Shown: positions 25,501-38,942 of the stretch, in pieces
How positions within the stretch are numbered: the first letter of the stretch is position 1
Layout of the letters: every line of letters starts with the position of its first letter
Origin: Laetmonice hystrix
Lineage: Eukaryota
Assembly: GCA_965235115.1 (NCBI GenBank)
Contig: OZ249442.1
Span: 28,706,001-28,770,000 of the forward strand
Reading direction: 5' to 3'
Length of the DNA: 64,000 nucleotides
Notes under the pieces: model-generated
Database searches by the model: none
What the model was told of the DNA's origin: nothing
What the model saw: the letters and a program-made list of their open reading frames with translations, nothing else
Translations under genes and position numbers: made by a program

Positions 25501-28500
25501 GCACTGGGACCTACAGCACGGATGGGTTAAGTTATCACTATTTATAACCTTGATGGAGCACTCTCGTATACTAACGGGCACTACATCATCCTAAGAACAG
25601 AAAGAATAGGTCAGCGGAGGTCTGCACACTGATGCCATGGGATTTGCTACATTTTGTGGATTTTGTTGAGCACAGAAGGGATGACAATAGGTGAAGATGC
25701 CGTCATACTCCTCAGAACTTTGTCTCGGTAACTGCACAGTATGGACCATAAGAAAGGCGACCACATGCAGAAATGACTGGCGTGCATTTCCTCGGCCATT
25801 TCCCAAACCAAAACCAATTCTGCTACAATGAATGTTACAATTGTGTGGTGAAGACAGAGGTGACCACACTGAAGGTGACCAAACGCAGGCTTATGCAGGG
25901 TTGGCAAGTTTACGGCAGGGTGGTTTTTACCAGGTGGTTTTTACCGGTAAAAACCGCCCTGCCGAAAACAGGTTTAACTTAAGACAGTTTAAGGCATACA
26001 AAATGCCTTAAACCTTATGTTGGCAGACACAGGGCTATTTAATGGCGAGTAGCCATTCCATGGCATGCAAGCCTCAACCGAGTCTAGCTTAAACAAGTAA
26101 TAAAAGGTCCATCCCGTCAGATAGGAACGAAGAGGCCAACATAGCAACCTCTGGGAATCACTGTCGTCCATCATTCAAGGTGTCTAATTTTCTAGGTGTC
26201 AAATTTTCTAGGTGTCAAATTGTCTGGGTGTCCAATGAGGGACTTCACACTCCTTGAGACGCATGCGCAATGGCGCATTTCCAGTCATATCCGCGTGGCG
26301 GCAGCACTGTTGCCTGGTCCCCTTGACTACACATTGGTATGACGTTAGATAGGACGACGAAATGTTAATCTGTGGCAGGATGTGTTTAGACTATTTGTTG
26401 TGAAAAATAATAACTTGATAGGCTTCAGCATGTTGTAGAACTCCTAAACGTACCATAATATTTCATAGCAAATAGCTCTACGGCACCCAGCGATAGATTA
26501 GCATTTCGTCGACCTATCTAACGTCATAATAATGTGGCCCAAAGGGACCGGGTTGATAGTGCTGCCGCCATGCGGAAAAGACGGTAACACAAGTCTCTCA
26601 TTATCCGGTGTTGAACTGTCTGTTTACCTAGGTACCATACTCCCAGCCATAAATCACATTGGATCCTCAGTAAGATCAACCGTTTTGTCCGGTGTTGAAC
26701 TGTCTTTACCTAGGTACCATACTCCCAGCCATAAATCACATTGGATCCTCAGTAAGATCAACCGTTTTGTCCGGTGTTGAACTGTCTGTTTACCTAGGTA
26801 CCATACTCTCAGCCATAAATCACATTGGATCCTCAGTAAGATCAACCGTTTTGTCCGGTGTTGAACTGTCTGTTTACCTAGGTACCATACTCCCAGCCAT
26901 AAATCACATTGGATCCTCAGTAAGATCAACCGTTTTGTCCGGTGTTGAACTGTCTGTTTACCTAGGTACCATACTCTCAGCCATAAATCACATTGGATCC
27001 TCAGTAAGATCAACCGTTTTGTCCGGTGTTGAACTGTCTTTACCTAGGTACCATACTCCCAGCCATAAATCACATTGGATCCTCAGTAAGATCAACCGTT
27101 TTGTCCGGTGTTGAACTGTCTTTACCTAGGTACCATACTCCCAGCCATAAATCACATTGGATCCTCAGTAAGATCACCCGTTTTGTCCGGTGTTGAACTG
27201 TCTGTTTACCTAGGTACCATACTCCCAGCCATAAATCACATTGGATCCTCAGTAAGATCAACCGTTTTGTCCGGTGTTGAACTGTCTGTTTACCTAGGTA
27301 CCATACTCTCAGCCATAAATCACATTGGATCCTCAGTAAGGTCAACCGTTTTGTCCGGTGTTGAACTGTCTGTTTACCTAGGTACCATACTCCCAGCCAT
27401 AAATCACATTGGATCCTCAGTAAGATCAACCGTTTTGTCCGGTGTTGAACTGTCTTTACCTAGGTACCATACTCTCAGCCATAAATCACATTGGATCCTC
27501 AGTAAGATCAGCCGTTTTGTCCGGTGTTGAACTGTCTGTTTACCTAGGTACCATACTCCCAGCCATAAATCACATTGGATCATCAGTAAGATCAACCGTT
27601 TTGTCCGGTGTTGAACTGTCTTTACCTAGGTACCATACTCTCAGCCATAAATCACATTGGATCCTCAGTAAGATCACCCGTTTTGTCCGGTGTTGAACTG
27701 TCTGTTTACCTAGGTACCATACTCCCAGCCATAAATCACATTGGATCCTCAGTAAGATCAACCGTTTTGTCCGGTGTTGAACTGTCTTTACCTAGGTACC
27801 ATACTCTCAGCCATAAATCACATTGGATCCTCAGTAAGGTCAACCGTTTTGTCCGGTGTTGAACTGTCTTTACCTAGGTACCATACTCCCAGCCATAAAT
27901 CACATTGGATCCTCAGTAAGATCAACCGTTTTGTTATCTCGTTTGTCACCTTAACTCTTGGTTGACAATCTTGGCAACTTATGTTGCCTTTTTATACCTC
28001 ATGACTCCCGCTCAAGAACTTCAGCTGTTGAGTCGCTTCAGTGCCAAGTACACTGTAACTAAGCTGGTGCCTTTACCTACCCATTTAAGAACATTTCCTG
28101 TAAAACTAAAAGTGATTTGTTGTTGGTCTGTGGTAACAACTAGACCTACTGAGTATTCAATCAAGTGGGCCCGGCTGCAATTTACCAAAATTTGATTTTT
28201 GTAAAGTAATGAAAATGTCTAAACGGTAAACCTAAAGGTGAAAAATGGACTAGAAGGTGCACAAGTGACAGCTTGCATTAATAGATTAAAAAGTTAAAAA
28301 ACAAATCCGTTTTGGCAACTGGAAGAGTACCAAGAAGGCCAAGGTAACGTTTTTCAGTTGTGTAGTCACGTACAGTGTTCTATAGTATCAGAATGTAATA
28401 TTTACTAAATTAGTGTGGGGATAACACATGACAAGTGCTGCTCTGTCACTGTAGGTGAAAGGTGGCCCATTTTCCGCAAAGGTAAATGAGCCAAATTAAA

Positions 28501-31500
28501 ATGAACTGATTGCATTTTTAGACAGGAAGTACTGAAAAGCATTTCAGTGTCCAAAGGCGGAAGTTAGTAAGATTGTAAAAATAAAACCAGAAAAAACTTG
28601 TGGCAATTACAGCTCTGGTTTGATTCATGCTGCAAGGCGTGTCCTTTGATTTTGGAATGGGATGGAATTCAATTTTCTTTGCGGTGGCCTTTGAGTTCAC
28701 AGAAGTTTTCTGACGGTGACAAAATGGTAAAGTTCAGCGGATTGTTGGACCATGATGAGCCGAGTTATGTGGGAGGTAGAACAGCCTACACAAACCACAG
28801 CGCTAACCGTGCATGATCTTGTCAAAGGTTATCACGCTAAATACTTTCTGGCCTTCAGGAGTGAAATGCTTATTGGGAAAACTTCTCAAAGCTTGTACAC
28901 CCATACCTGTCACAGGTTGCCTAGCAACAACCATGACGAATTCAATGACTTTTAGTTTAGTGCTCATTAAAAAATATACTTGCTACGGGATATACCATGA
29001 GAAAGAGACTGTGACATTTTGGAACATGTAGGGTTATGTATCAATTGATGGACGGGCGTTTCACACTTTTCTAACCTCTGCTTTTTGAGGATTGAGGCCA
29101 ATTATTTAGAGGAATTACGAATAAATTATTCTCACTTCATTGTCAAACTTTTAGAGGCTAGGAGTGTCAGGTAGTTTCGCTTGTAAACACAAAGAACTTT
29201 TGAAATATTAGTTCATTGGAAAGTGAATTTTTGTCTGTTTGAAGACAGAAAAAGACATGGAGATTAGATTTTGACTGGCTAGTAGCTGTATGACAGGCAC
29301 TCGATCAACTGATTGAGTTACGAAGCACTGTGACAGCATGATTTCTGTGTGTTTTATACAAAATACGGTGTCTGATTTATTTGCTGTTGCAACATTAGTC
29401 CTCACATCTTGTTTATTTTACAACCTTTCAGAAAGTGATTGGTCACATGACCAACTACAATGCCCGTCGGTCGCAGGAGGAATCGGTTGGTGAGGACGAG
29501 CAGACACAGTATGCCAAACTATTTGTTGAGTATGGCGGCGTGGACGTCCTCTTACGACTACTCATGATGACGTCCTACCTGCCGAACTGTTGGCGATACT
29601 TCAACGGCGGCGTCCAACAACCAGGTGAGGCTCGCAATGGTAAACTGTCAATACCCTCGAACCCTAATCCTGTTAGACATCCAACAGCAATCTTTACCTT
29701 TCATGGAATTCTGCCGCGGAATGCGATGGTTTAGGACTGGAAGGAAAATTGTTATTATTGAGTCTGCAGGGGAAGGACTACTTTAATGTTGTGGTAGCTC
29801 TTCCCAGCCCGGTGAGGCTGTCCTGTGTTGTGCAGTAATGTGAATGTTTGTGTTTGCAGAGACAGAGCCACAGTTGAGGTGTAAGAGTTTATGCTTGGAG
29901 ATTTTACAGAGAATTATTACAACCGTAAGTTTCTCTTTCATCATGTGATAACTGTATTCAGTACATATAGTTCAGATTTTTTATCATATTAACTGGTGCC
30001 AACATTACAAGTTTAAAAGATGGTGGGAGATGATTCATTGCGGTTTGCATAGCCTGTAGAAATATTATAATCTACTTCCTAGAAAAGTGCTTGATACAGG
30101 TCTACTTGGCACTTGTTGACCTCCATTTTTTCCTCACCCCCCCCGAAAATGTTCTGGTTTTCCATTTTCAAATGTTGGCAACCGTGCATATATATATATA
30201 CCCGGTATAACCTTTTCGTTTGGAGTTAAAGACGGGTGAGGCCCCCCCCCAAAGAAGGTGAGAAAGTTAATGGACCAGTTAAGGCCTACACACACAATGC
30301 AACTGCTTGCGACTCCCTGTGACGCACCCGTCGTGACCCAGTTTTTGACCCAAGCTCATCTACACAGGACAGAATGGAGTCTTGCGATGGTTGCAGAGGT
30401 TCTGGCACTATCAGAACGTCTGCGACAGTCGCAGGCTGTTGCAGGCCACTCATTGCCATAGCGACGGACCGTCATGAGACTGTCGTGCGACGAGTAATTG
30501 CAGTGTGTGTGTTGGCCTTTATGAGTTTGTGTGTTGAATAGCAGTGGCCATAACATGATGCTCTGTTACAGGATGTTGGAGAGAGTTTAACAAAAGATTT
30601 GACCCAACATGAGGACATCCTAAACTACTGCTTCACCCTGCTGGCTCACGACAAAACATACCTGATGGCTTGTCAGTTCCTTGAGGATCTACTTCAGGCC
30701 CGCCGACAAGTTCTCAACCTCAATAGCATAGGTAGGTTCAGTCTCGGCCTAGCTTTGCAGATCTTTGCATTATATATTTATGTATGACAACTATGAAAAG
30801 CATGTTGTAGGATTGATATGAAGTGAATGGTTTTAAGTTTGCTACTTGAATTTCCAGCTAATCTACGCAGTTTGATCATGTGCCTGGATGACAACAAATT
30901 GGCTAACTTCTGCCGGGTGCTCGCAGTGACAATCTCTGATCTTGACATCTATGAAAATAAATCTTCATGTAAGTTTTACAACATTGACTCTTCAACAGCC
31001 AAATACAATCTGGTAAATACATCTTCAGTTGGCCTTGGTATCCGTAGAGAGGACATAAAATGATGACCTAGACTTTGCTGTACCTGATTTTAAGATATTA
31101 ACAAGAACAAATTATAAACAAAACAAGAAATTTCTTGTATTAAGAGAAATGATAAGATTTTGATCTTCCTTTCCAGTGTATGCACAGAACAAACAGAAGC
31201 GGAGTAAAGGCTTTATAAACATCAGGGATATAAACCAAGGTATGTTGATCATCTACCTACGTTTAGAGAGACTTACGAGTTTCAAACATTTCTGAGAAAG
31301 ATCCTTTATAAAGTCAGCCAAGATGGCTACATGGAATATTACCTCACAAATATATCTTGAAACTTGTCATTTATAAAGGGATAATCACTGACAATGTTAG
31401 AACGATGCTTTAGAATTAAAACGTGCCTGTATTCTGCCCACAGGGTGTCAAGTTCCTATTTTTTCCTATTTTTTCCTATTTTTCAGCATTATTCCTATTT

Positions 31501-34500
31501 TTCCTATTTTTTAGGCAGATCCCAAAAATATTCCTAAACATGTCTTTAGTCGATTTTTATAATCCGTAAAATTGCGTGAATTTCAATAAATGGTACCAAA
31601 GTGAAGACCACCTCGTCGCTGGACATTTTTTTTATAAAGACTTAAGCTTTAAAATCTCAAAAAATTAGTCAAAAAAAGATAACATGTTTATCTAAGTCGA
31701 TACTGACTATTTAAAAAAATTTTCCATATATTTTTTGTTTGATATTCCTATTTTATTCTTATTTTTTGGGACAGCACATTCCTATTTTCCTATTTTTTTT
31801 AGGGTCATTGGCACTTGACACCCTGTGCCCAAGATTTGATATTAGGTTTTATGAAGTTGTGTAAACTTATTTCAGAGCTACTGTTGAGTATGCCCGACCT
31901 GTTACCTCGTCTTATCAACATTGCCTGCGTTAAGGACTGTAAGTGCTGCCAATAATTGGCGTTCAGAATAAATGTTGCTTATTGGTCAGGGCTGTCAAAG
32001 TTAGCAGGAGTAGCAGGGTACAGAAGAGAAAGTAGCAGGGTACAGCCCTTAACAGGGAGGGGGGGTCTGAGATGCAATTTCCTGGCATCTGAGAGGGGCA
32101 ATTGGTCATCACTGACATCGTATTGCACGATCCTACGTGCAGGAAAGGGAAAAAAGAACATTGTAAGAAGATTTTTTGTCATTCAACAAAAAGTAGGTGT
32201 TGGCAAAACTGGTTTTAGACGGTGTTTTGCCGCTGCTGTCCGGCTACTTTTGAGAGCCCTGATTGGTGGTTGTACAAAGTCAGTTCTTTCCTTCTCTTGA
32301 AAAAGTACTCGTTATATATAAAATGGTGGTGTTTTGCTGGGGTAGTGTCCCACGGGACCAGTTGCAGTAGTCTAGGACTCCTTACTGAGGAGTAACATGT
32401 ACCGTTCCATGTACCGTAACAAATATGAAATGGTTATAAAGGGTACTCACAGCCCTTAAAGGCCAGCGTTTCGTTGACAGACACACCGCGGTATCGAGGC
32501 ACTGTGAGTGAACTCGACTGTTGGATGGAGTGGATAGAAAACACAATGGCAGATGCTGCGTTTGAGCAACCGAAGTACGACGATTTGGATGAGTTCATAG
32601 GAGGTAAGCCAATGTGGTTTATAAGTTAATATTAAATTAGCATTTAATTAGATCTAATTAGATCTTAAAAAAAAGTTAGGATTGATTTGAGGATTTAAGA
32701 ATATGAAAGTTTATAATTTACTGATTTTTAAATGTGTTTCAGAGAGGCAGTACGTAAGACTTAACAGTTTATGTTGTAATGTTCATTCATGATTCCACCT
32801 CGTTTGGTTCCTTGTCATGTTAAAAAATTATGTTATAAATGGTTGTTTTTTACCAGACTATTTTGGTTGAACCAGACTTGTAAATAAGTGGTTTAGTATG
32901 TCGGAGTTGAATTGTTTGTTTTCATTATTACAATATTTTGTGTTAGGTATCTGTGAGGCGACGTTACCTGGCGGTGCTATGGTTCAACAGTCTGGGTTAA
33001 AGATCAGTATGGACCTTGTACTGCGGGTTCAGGTTGTCTACGTGCTTGGACTCTTTCTGGTGGGCAAACACAGGAAGAAAGTGCAGCGAAAACTGGCAGA
33101 ACTCCAGCTGGTGCCAGGATTGTCAGAACTTTTTGATCAGTTCATTTGGAAATGCCAAGTGTAAGTACATGTAGTGTGGATTTTATTTGCAACGAAATCA
33201 CATTTGAAGCCTTTAATTAAAAACTGTTGTAAGGGCCAAGGTTACCAGATCTATAAGATGCTATTTACTGGTTCAAGTACATAAGTTTTCAGTCTTTCAG
33301 CTGATTTCAGCTTTTCATAGATCATCGATAATATTTTGGTTTTAGGGTGTTTGGTATTCTTTCTGTTGAATATGTGATTTCAGATTTTTGGGCCAGTCAG
33401 AATTTACAAGAATTTAGTGACTTATCTTTGTAAGATTCCATAACCTTGGCTTTTGTTAATCTATCTAATAGAAAGCTGTGTCGTAGGTGTCTCCAGTCAT
33501 AGACAGTCTGGACTTACATCCCTGCTGGTTACACAAAGTTGTCATATAAAATAAGTTATGAGGGAGAAATCTGCCGTATTTAATGATTTAGACGTTTCTT
33601 TACAGACATAGGAATAACAGCCGCCATCGACTGCGAGGTCACAATGCAAGTTGTGAATGTAGTCCAGTAAGTATTCGACAGGGATTTCATTCCGGTATTT
33701 AGGAACAAGATAAAATAGAAAAGAAGACTTTATATGGATGAGTAGGATTTCTGATTATGGTCAGGCCATGCAGGTTAAAGGAATGCAATAGGTCAGCAAT
33801 ACATTAAGATCTTATTATTGACCCATGGAGAATGTAAGGATCTTGTATTATAAATGAAGTCGAGTATGTTTTAATCAGAAAGTTGACTAAGTGAGTGTGT
33901 GTTTGTTGCTCACCTGATTATAATCTTTGTTTTGTAGGAAGTAGCACTCAAGATCCAATTCCTTCGTCTAGTCCATAGCTTCTGTGATCATTCAGAGTAA
34001 GTTAATAATTTCTTTGAGTAAAAATGGAGATATCGATCAAATTTGATGGTGATATTAAATGCAAAATCAGAAGGCAAAGAACTACTGGGTAGATGTTTTG
34101 AATTTTGAAGGGGACATGAATCATTTTATAGACAGCATTTGCTGTTAGAGGGAGTGATAGTAAAAATAAGATATATTAAAATAAAGTATTGATGTTATTT
34201 TGCACACAGCTACAAGCACTTGCTGCTGAGTAAGAGTGAGTTGATTGAGATCAGGAGGATTAATGCAAAGGCTGGACCACTTTCAATCGAAGGACTTGAC
34301 AACATTAACAAGTAAGTCATTTATTGGAGCATGCAACTACATTATAATTAGGGTAAACGACAAGAATTTAGTGACTTTGTAAGATTCTATAAGCCAGACT
34401 TTTGTTACCGTCTCTAATAGAAAGCTGTGTCGTAGGTGTCTCCAGTCGTAGACAGTTCAGAATGAAGACTGATCGGTTCATTATGTGTGCAGGTCTCTGA

Positions 34501-37500
34501 TGTGTCGTGGCAGTCGAGGATTGTTGAGTAAGATTGTCGAGGTGATGAAGAAAGAACCCACGGCCTCAACGTTTCGGTTCTGGCTGGCGCGGGCTGTGGA
34601 GAGCTACCTCCGGGGGAGCACCTCCTACTGTGACCAGGTCTTCCTCCTCCGTCGTGGACTACTCCAGGTAAGGATGTCGCCTGGATTCCTGTGGCATTTG
34701 ATTTATTGCAACAAAGGGGGTTTAATTGACGATGACAAGGTACCGGTACCAGGAAAGGAATTCATGAATTTGTCGACTTCTTGATACAAAGATGGGTAAT
34801 GGCTGGGAGAATTTAGTCTTAAGAAAATGCAATCAAAATCTTGAAAGAATTACACCCCCAGGAAAACGTCAATAAATGATGTCAAATGTTGTAACTGCAG
34901 CACATTGCTGGAAACATCGTAGAACATGACATCCGTCCCAAGGAGATTCTACAGTCAAGTTTTGACCTTCTTGGAGAACTCATCAAGTTCAACATTGAGG
35001 CATTCAAGGCATTTGACAAGGTGCTAAACACTAAAGCGAAGGTAATCTCAAAATCTACTCTACAATTATTATTGATTAGCAATAACTGGGAACTGAACAG
35101 GCCATGAATAAAAAAAAAATACTCGTCAGTTCCTGGCCGGTCAAAGAGGTCATGGGAAATCGGGTCAGATTCCACACAGAGATTTGGCCAAAGAAACATA
35201 CTTGATACTTTATAAAAAATAAGATTTGTTCTTAGATGCACACAATATTGTGGGTTAATACGAATTAGGGGAATGCACCCGTAGTATTAGTTAGGGAAGA
35301 TTTTGAAATAATATTTTCTGTTTCCAGTTTGACAAGTTTGTGGCGATCGTAAACAAGAATCTGGTAGACTCAAACATGTTCATCCGCAGCCTGGTCCTGT
35401 CTTACGAACATTTCTGTTCCGTGCAACCAGAACACAAAGGTATGATCCTGCCAAGGCCATCATATTTCCACCAATGTAGTCTGCTATGTTATGATCCACT
35501 AATGGTTTTCTATGAATCAGTACGGCAGTTTCTACAGACAGTCAGACCTGTTAATCCGTGCTTCTTTAATCCCCGTACCTCACAATCCGAACACACTTTC
35601 CGCTAACCTCTTCTACCATTTTCTATATAAAATGATTCAGTAATTCGTATGTTTCACAATCTGAACACATTTTAATGGGCACCAAGCTGTTTGGATTAAC
35701 GAGGTCTGACTGTATTTTAAGGTGGCCAGTTTTGATAACTACCCGATTGTTTGCGTGCAGGTTATCTGACGAGCGGTTCACTGCTTCTCCAACACGTTGC
35801 CAAGTTTGACCAGCAGATGGAGTACCTGCATAAACTGATCAACCAGATCAACGTACAGAACTTGACTCAGGAGAATGTGTCGTGTCTGAACACGACGCTA
35901 GTCTTCCTGATGTTTGCTAACCAGAAGACTGCCATGCCGCGCTACCTGAGGGGTCTCACCATAGAGAGAAGCAGTGCCGGCGAGTGCACCAGTGCAGCGC
36001 CCATCATGAAGAATTTCAGGTAGGCCTACTGAGCGGTTTCTCTTCATTAAAAAATGAAATTTCAGCCAAACCTCCTCTGCTCAAGTCAGGGCCAGCCAAA
36101 CTTGATGAGTGGTATGGATTCTTTATCACTACCCATAATATGTGTTTGTGATTTTGTCAATTTAATTTTAATTTGTTTTTTAAAAACGTATTTAATTTTA
36201 AATTCTGTTTAATTTTTTTGTTTGTTTAATTTTAATAGTGCATTTCGGATTATATCTGTAGAGGTGCCCGCATTTATGTTTTGCACATTTGGATTCTTAT
36301 AGAGTAGCATCAAAGAGTTTACATCCCAGCGTTAGTTCATAGAGGTGCTAAGTCTGCTATCTGAAAATTATGACCTCGCATACAGGGAGTAGAAAAAAAA
36401 CCAACATACAAAATTCAAGAACATAGAAACATCAGAAATGTATTTTAGTTTCATTCTGTAGATTTACTGTTTCGATTGGCCATGAACACACTTTTCCTGC
36501 AGCACATGGGGGACAATAGACCACCACGGTCAACTGATTGTTTTAAGATTTCCATACAGTCATGTTTTGTTTTTGTCATACGGGGTAAAACTCAATGTAT
36601 TCAACCTTTGTCCTTGTAGGGGCCAGTCTCGAGCGATTTCAACCCTGAGGTGAATTTTTTTTCCTTCCTTGTTCTGTTTATTTCATGACCTAAACACCAT
36701 TAAACACCTTTGGGCCTGGATTGGTGCTCAAACCATAACTCTTTACCATAATTCCTTAAAACATTCATCCCTAGTTTTTCATAGTTGCCACACCAATATA
36801 AATATGTTCAAACAAAAGTAAAAAACTTGCTGCAACTGACATCAGCTTTCCAAAGTGAGTGAAATGGTGTCAGTGTGACTGTTCACTTAGGTTTAAATAA
36901 AAATGCTGAACCTGATAAATTAAGTCAAATTATGACATCTTGTACTAATAGTGATGACGTTTGATTTAATGTCAAAACAAAAAGCACTGTTTTCTCTGCT
37001 CACAAGAGCAAATTTTTATGTATTAACGGCATAAAATAATTTACATTTCCCCGTTTCAATGGTCGGTCAAAAAGAAATTTATAAGAAGACCTGGCCCAGT
37101 AAACCTCAGTGGCCATTGAGGTAGCATTAATAAACTGCTACATTATTTGAATACATTGATACTTTTCTGGCACGAATTGTCTATCAACGGGGCATTTTCA
37201 CATCATACAGTGAGAATCTTGAGGCTTTGGAAGCCTTCATGAAAGGTTTGTAGAGAGTGTAAAAATCCAGGCCCAAAAGTCCTGGAAAGTAAAATTAACA
37301 ACACAGTAAATGGTCACAAGATTATTGTCCTGGGCAGGCTGGTCATTTTTGGTTCAGTAAAAAGCACTCTTGAGTTCAAGGTTTCCACGGGTCTGGAAAA
37401 CCAGGAAAAGTCTCGATATTATGTTGAGACCTCCCAGGCGGGAATAGACTTGGAATTTGTTAAATATGTACTCAAGTCCGGGAATTTGATGAATAGACTC

Positions 37501-38942
37501 AAATTCTAGTTGTCTGGTTCACAGTCGGGGTACCGGTCTTTAATCATCATTGATATCCCATGCTAAGAAAAACTGGAATGAGATCTGAACATGGGAAAGT
37601 CTGGAAATTTTGGAAAGCTGATAGCATGGGAACCACGTGGGATGTACCCAGTAAAACAGGGTGGTTGGTGGTCCTTGAAAACTCGTGAGAGATGAGTATT
37701 GTTTTGTTTTTTTGACTCAAAGGGATGAACCCCCAGGGATGAAGTTGTTATGATAGACATTAGAGCATGCTGAAACAATTCAATTTGCTTGTTTCTATTA
37801 AGTTACCGGTATATATAATTTCACTCTGTAGAGTCCTACTGGTATATTGGATATAAAATGTGTAGAAGTTATCAAGCTCATTATGTAGAGCTCTCTGCAT
37901 CTCAAATTCCTTACATCTCAGTGCCTAGTTTTTCGTATATCAATGGAATAATAATTTTGAGATTTAAGTTGCACTTTATCAGAAAATATCAGTTGCCCTG
38001 TTCAGCTATTCACGTTTTCTCTACCTTATTACAATTTCGTCTAGTGGCAGCGTAAAAAAAACCTTGGTATCATCCTAAGATTCATCTTATATTTGTTCTT
38101 AATGATAGGCTGAGGTGGCTATAGTATATGATGTCAACATTACTAATCTAATCGTAAGGTTTCAAGTAATAATCTACATGTAGTATCGGGGTCCGAGATG
38201 TTCCGTATTGGATCACAATGTCCGTAAAACTATGAACTGTGAGATGCATTTTTACCCAGGTGTCGCTGAAAATATTGCTCTACCAAATGCAAATATTGAT
38301 TACCTATAGATAATTGCTACTTTTAGCGAAAAATATGATGCATTTTTTCTCAAATATTTTGGATCCTGAGTATAAAGACTGGTAGGTGTTCTTTGTGTGT
38401 GGGACATGTGTAATTCCGGAATCAATGTGTTGCAGATTAACACCGTTGGATACTGGTTTGAAAATGTTTATATAACTCTCGTAGATTAAAGTTATGGTGT
38501 CTTCTGATTTTCTTCAGGGACTTGCTTGTCTTCTGGCAGGATCACTATCTCCACAAAGACAAGGACTGCAGTGCTCTAGAAAAGGTTTGTCTCACAACTG
38601 GGCAATATTTGGCTATTTGTTTGGAACATGTTACCCAGTTAGCATTGAGCAAATTTCTAACATGAAACAGTTCAACATTTTCTGCATATTTTCTGCTTTT
38701 TAGATGCCAATCCACTCTCAAATCTGTTTTATATGGTAGTAGAAAAATCCTCGGGTGGAACTTGTCTTGCCAGTGAATGTGTTTTGAGATCCATACCAGT
38801 ATTTGCTGATTATTTCTTACAGAGTTCAAGGATCAGTTTTGATTACTGGAAAGCGACGGTGAACATGTTGGTCACCGATGACCGTAACCTGGAGACGGCA
38901 ATCATACACTACATGGATCCAGATACCTGCCGGGACAGCTAA
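19592..38942 (+). CDS. TRPC4AP: TRPC4-associated protein (TRUSS, DCAF), 19 coding exons, ~773 aa
   Basis: Exons 19592-19693, 21575-21706, 29432-29624, 29860-29924, 30572-30731, 30858-30968, 31177-31239, 31876-31938, 32481-32603, 32947-33160, 33606-33666, 33938-33996, 34210-34311, 34493-34667, 34901-35041, 35328-35439, 35761-36019, 38518-38584, 38823-38942; one open frame throughout. Motifs LANFCRVLAVTIS, LKIQFLRL, STFRFWLARAVESYLRG, FDLLGELIKFN, LVDSNMF, LTQENVSCLNT, FWQDHYLHKDKD. Confidence 0.95.
21813..22337 (-). mobile_element. 5'-truncated non-LTR retrotransposon (ORF2 C-terminal CCHC end, 3'UTR and (TAC)n tail)
   Basis: Minus strand reads TRIRLGSHSLRVETGRWSRVPVEARLCPCGRVQDEMHVLLEC, a typical ORF2 C-terminus of CR1/L2/RTE-X-like LINEs. 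AATAAA is followed by a (TAC)n tail; possible TTA TSD. Confidence 0.85.
22341..23093. repeat. Minisatellite, 46-bp unit x~16 (plus one unit at ~21770-21812)
   Basis: CAATTAGTTCACAGCAGTCTTGGTCAAGATTTAGAGGTATGGTTTA repeated in tandem. Confidence 0.95.
23665..23756. mobile_element. Small palindromic MITE (Harbinger-like)
   Basis: GGGCCAGTTGCATGAC ... GTCATGCAACTGGCCC, flanked by CAG and CTG. Confidence 0.55.
26605..27934. repeat. Minisatellite, 84/82-bp units x16
   Basis: CCGGTGTTGAACTGTCT(GT)TTACCTAGGTACCATACTC(C/T)CAGCCATAAATCACATTGGATCCTCAGTAAGATCAACCGTTTTGT; accounts for the ORFs between 26532 and 27965. Confidence 0.97.
30282..30518. mobile_element. Harbinger/Tourist-like MITE with TTA TSD
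   Basis: TTA|AGGCCTACACACACAATGCAA ... TTGCAGTGTGTGTGTTGGCCT|TTA. Confidence 0.7.
31441..31825. mobile_element. hAT-like MITE (CAGGG termini), 6-bp TSD
   Basis: TGCCCA|CAGGGTGTCAAGT ... ACTTGACACCCTG|TGCCCA; subterminal TTCCTATT repeats. Confidence 0.75.
31987..32261. mobile_element. hAT-like MITE (CAGGG termini), 6-bp TSD
   Basis: ATTGGT|CAGGGCTGTCAAAG ... CTTTTGAGAGCCCTG|ATTGGT. Confidence 0.7.

Noticed and set aside
22341-27934. Regular arrays resembling CRISPR
   Set aside because: Units are head-to-tail with no unique spacers, there are no cas genes, and the context is a eukaryotic intron.
3532-27934. CCGGTGTT shared by the 43-bp and 84-bp repeat units
   Set aside because: An 8-mer match between two units with no other similarity; chance is not excluded.
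26532-27965. Many 60-140 aa ORFs on both strands
   Set aside because: They are translations of the 84/82-bp intronic minisatellite; the 82-bp units break the frame.
28518-28700. IEFHPIPK resembling a THAP domain segment
   Set aside because: No N-terminal CxxxxC or C-terminal CxxHF in frame, and an upstream stop.
31061-31090. ATGATGA...CTGA box C/D-like pair
   Set aside because: Only ~30 nt long, with no terminal stem or guide; too short for a snoRNA.
32857-32879. 23-nt candidate exon in TRPC4AP intron 9
   Set aside because: It introduces stops or a frameshift alone or combined with the 9/11-nt candidate.
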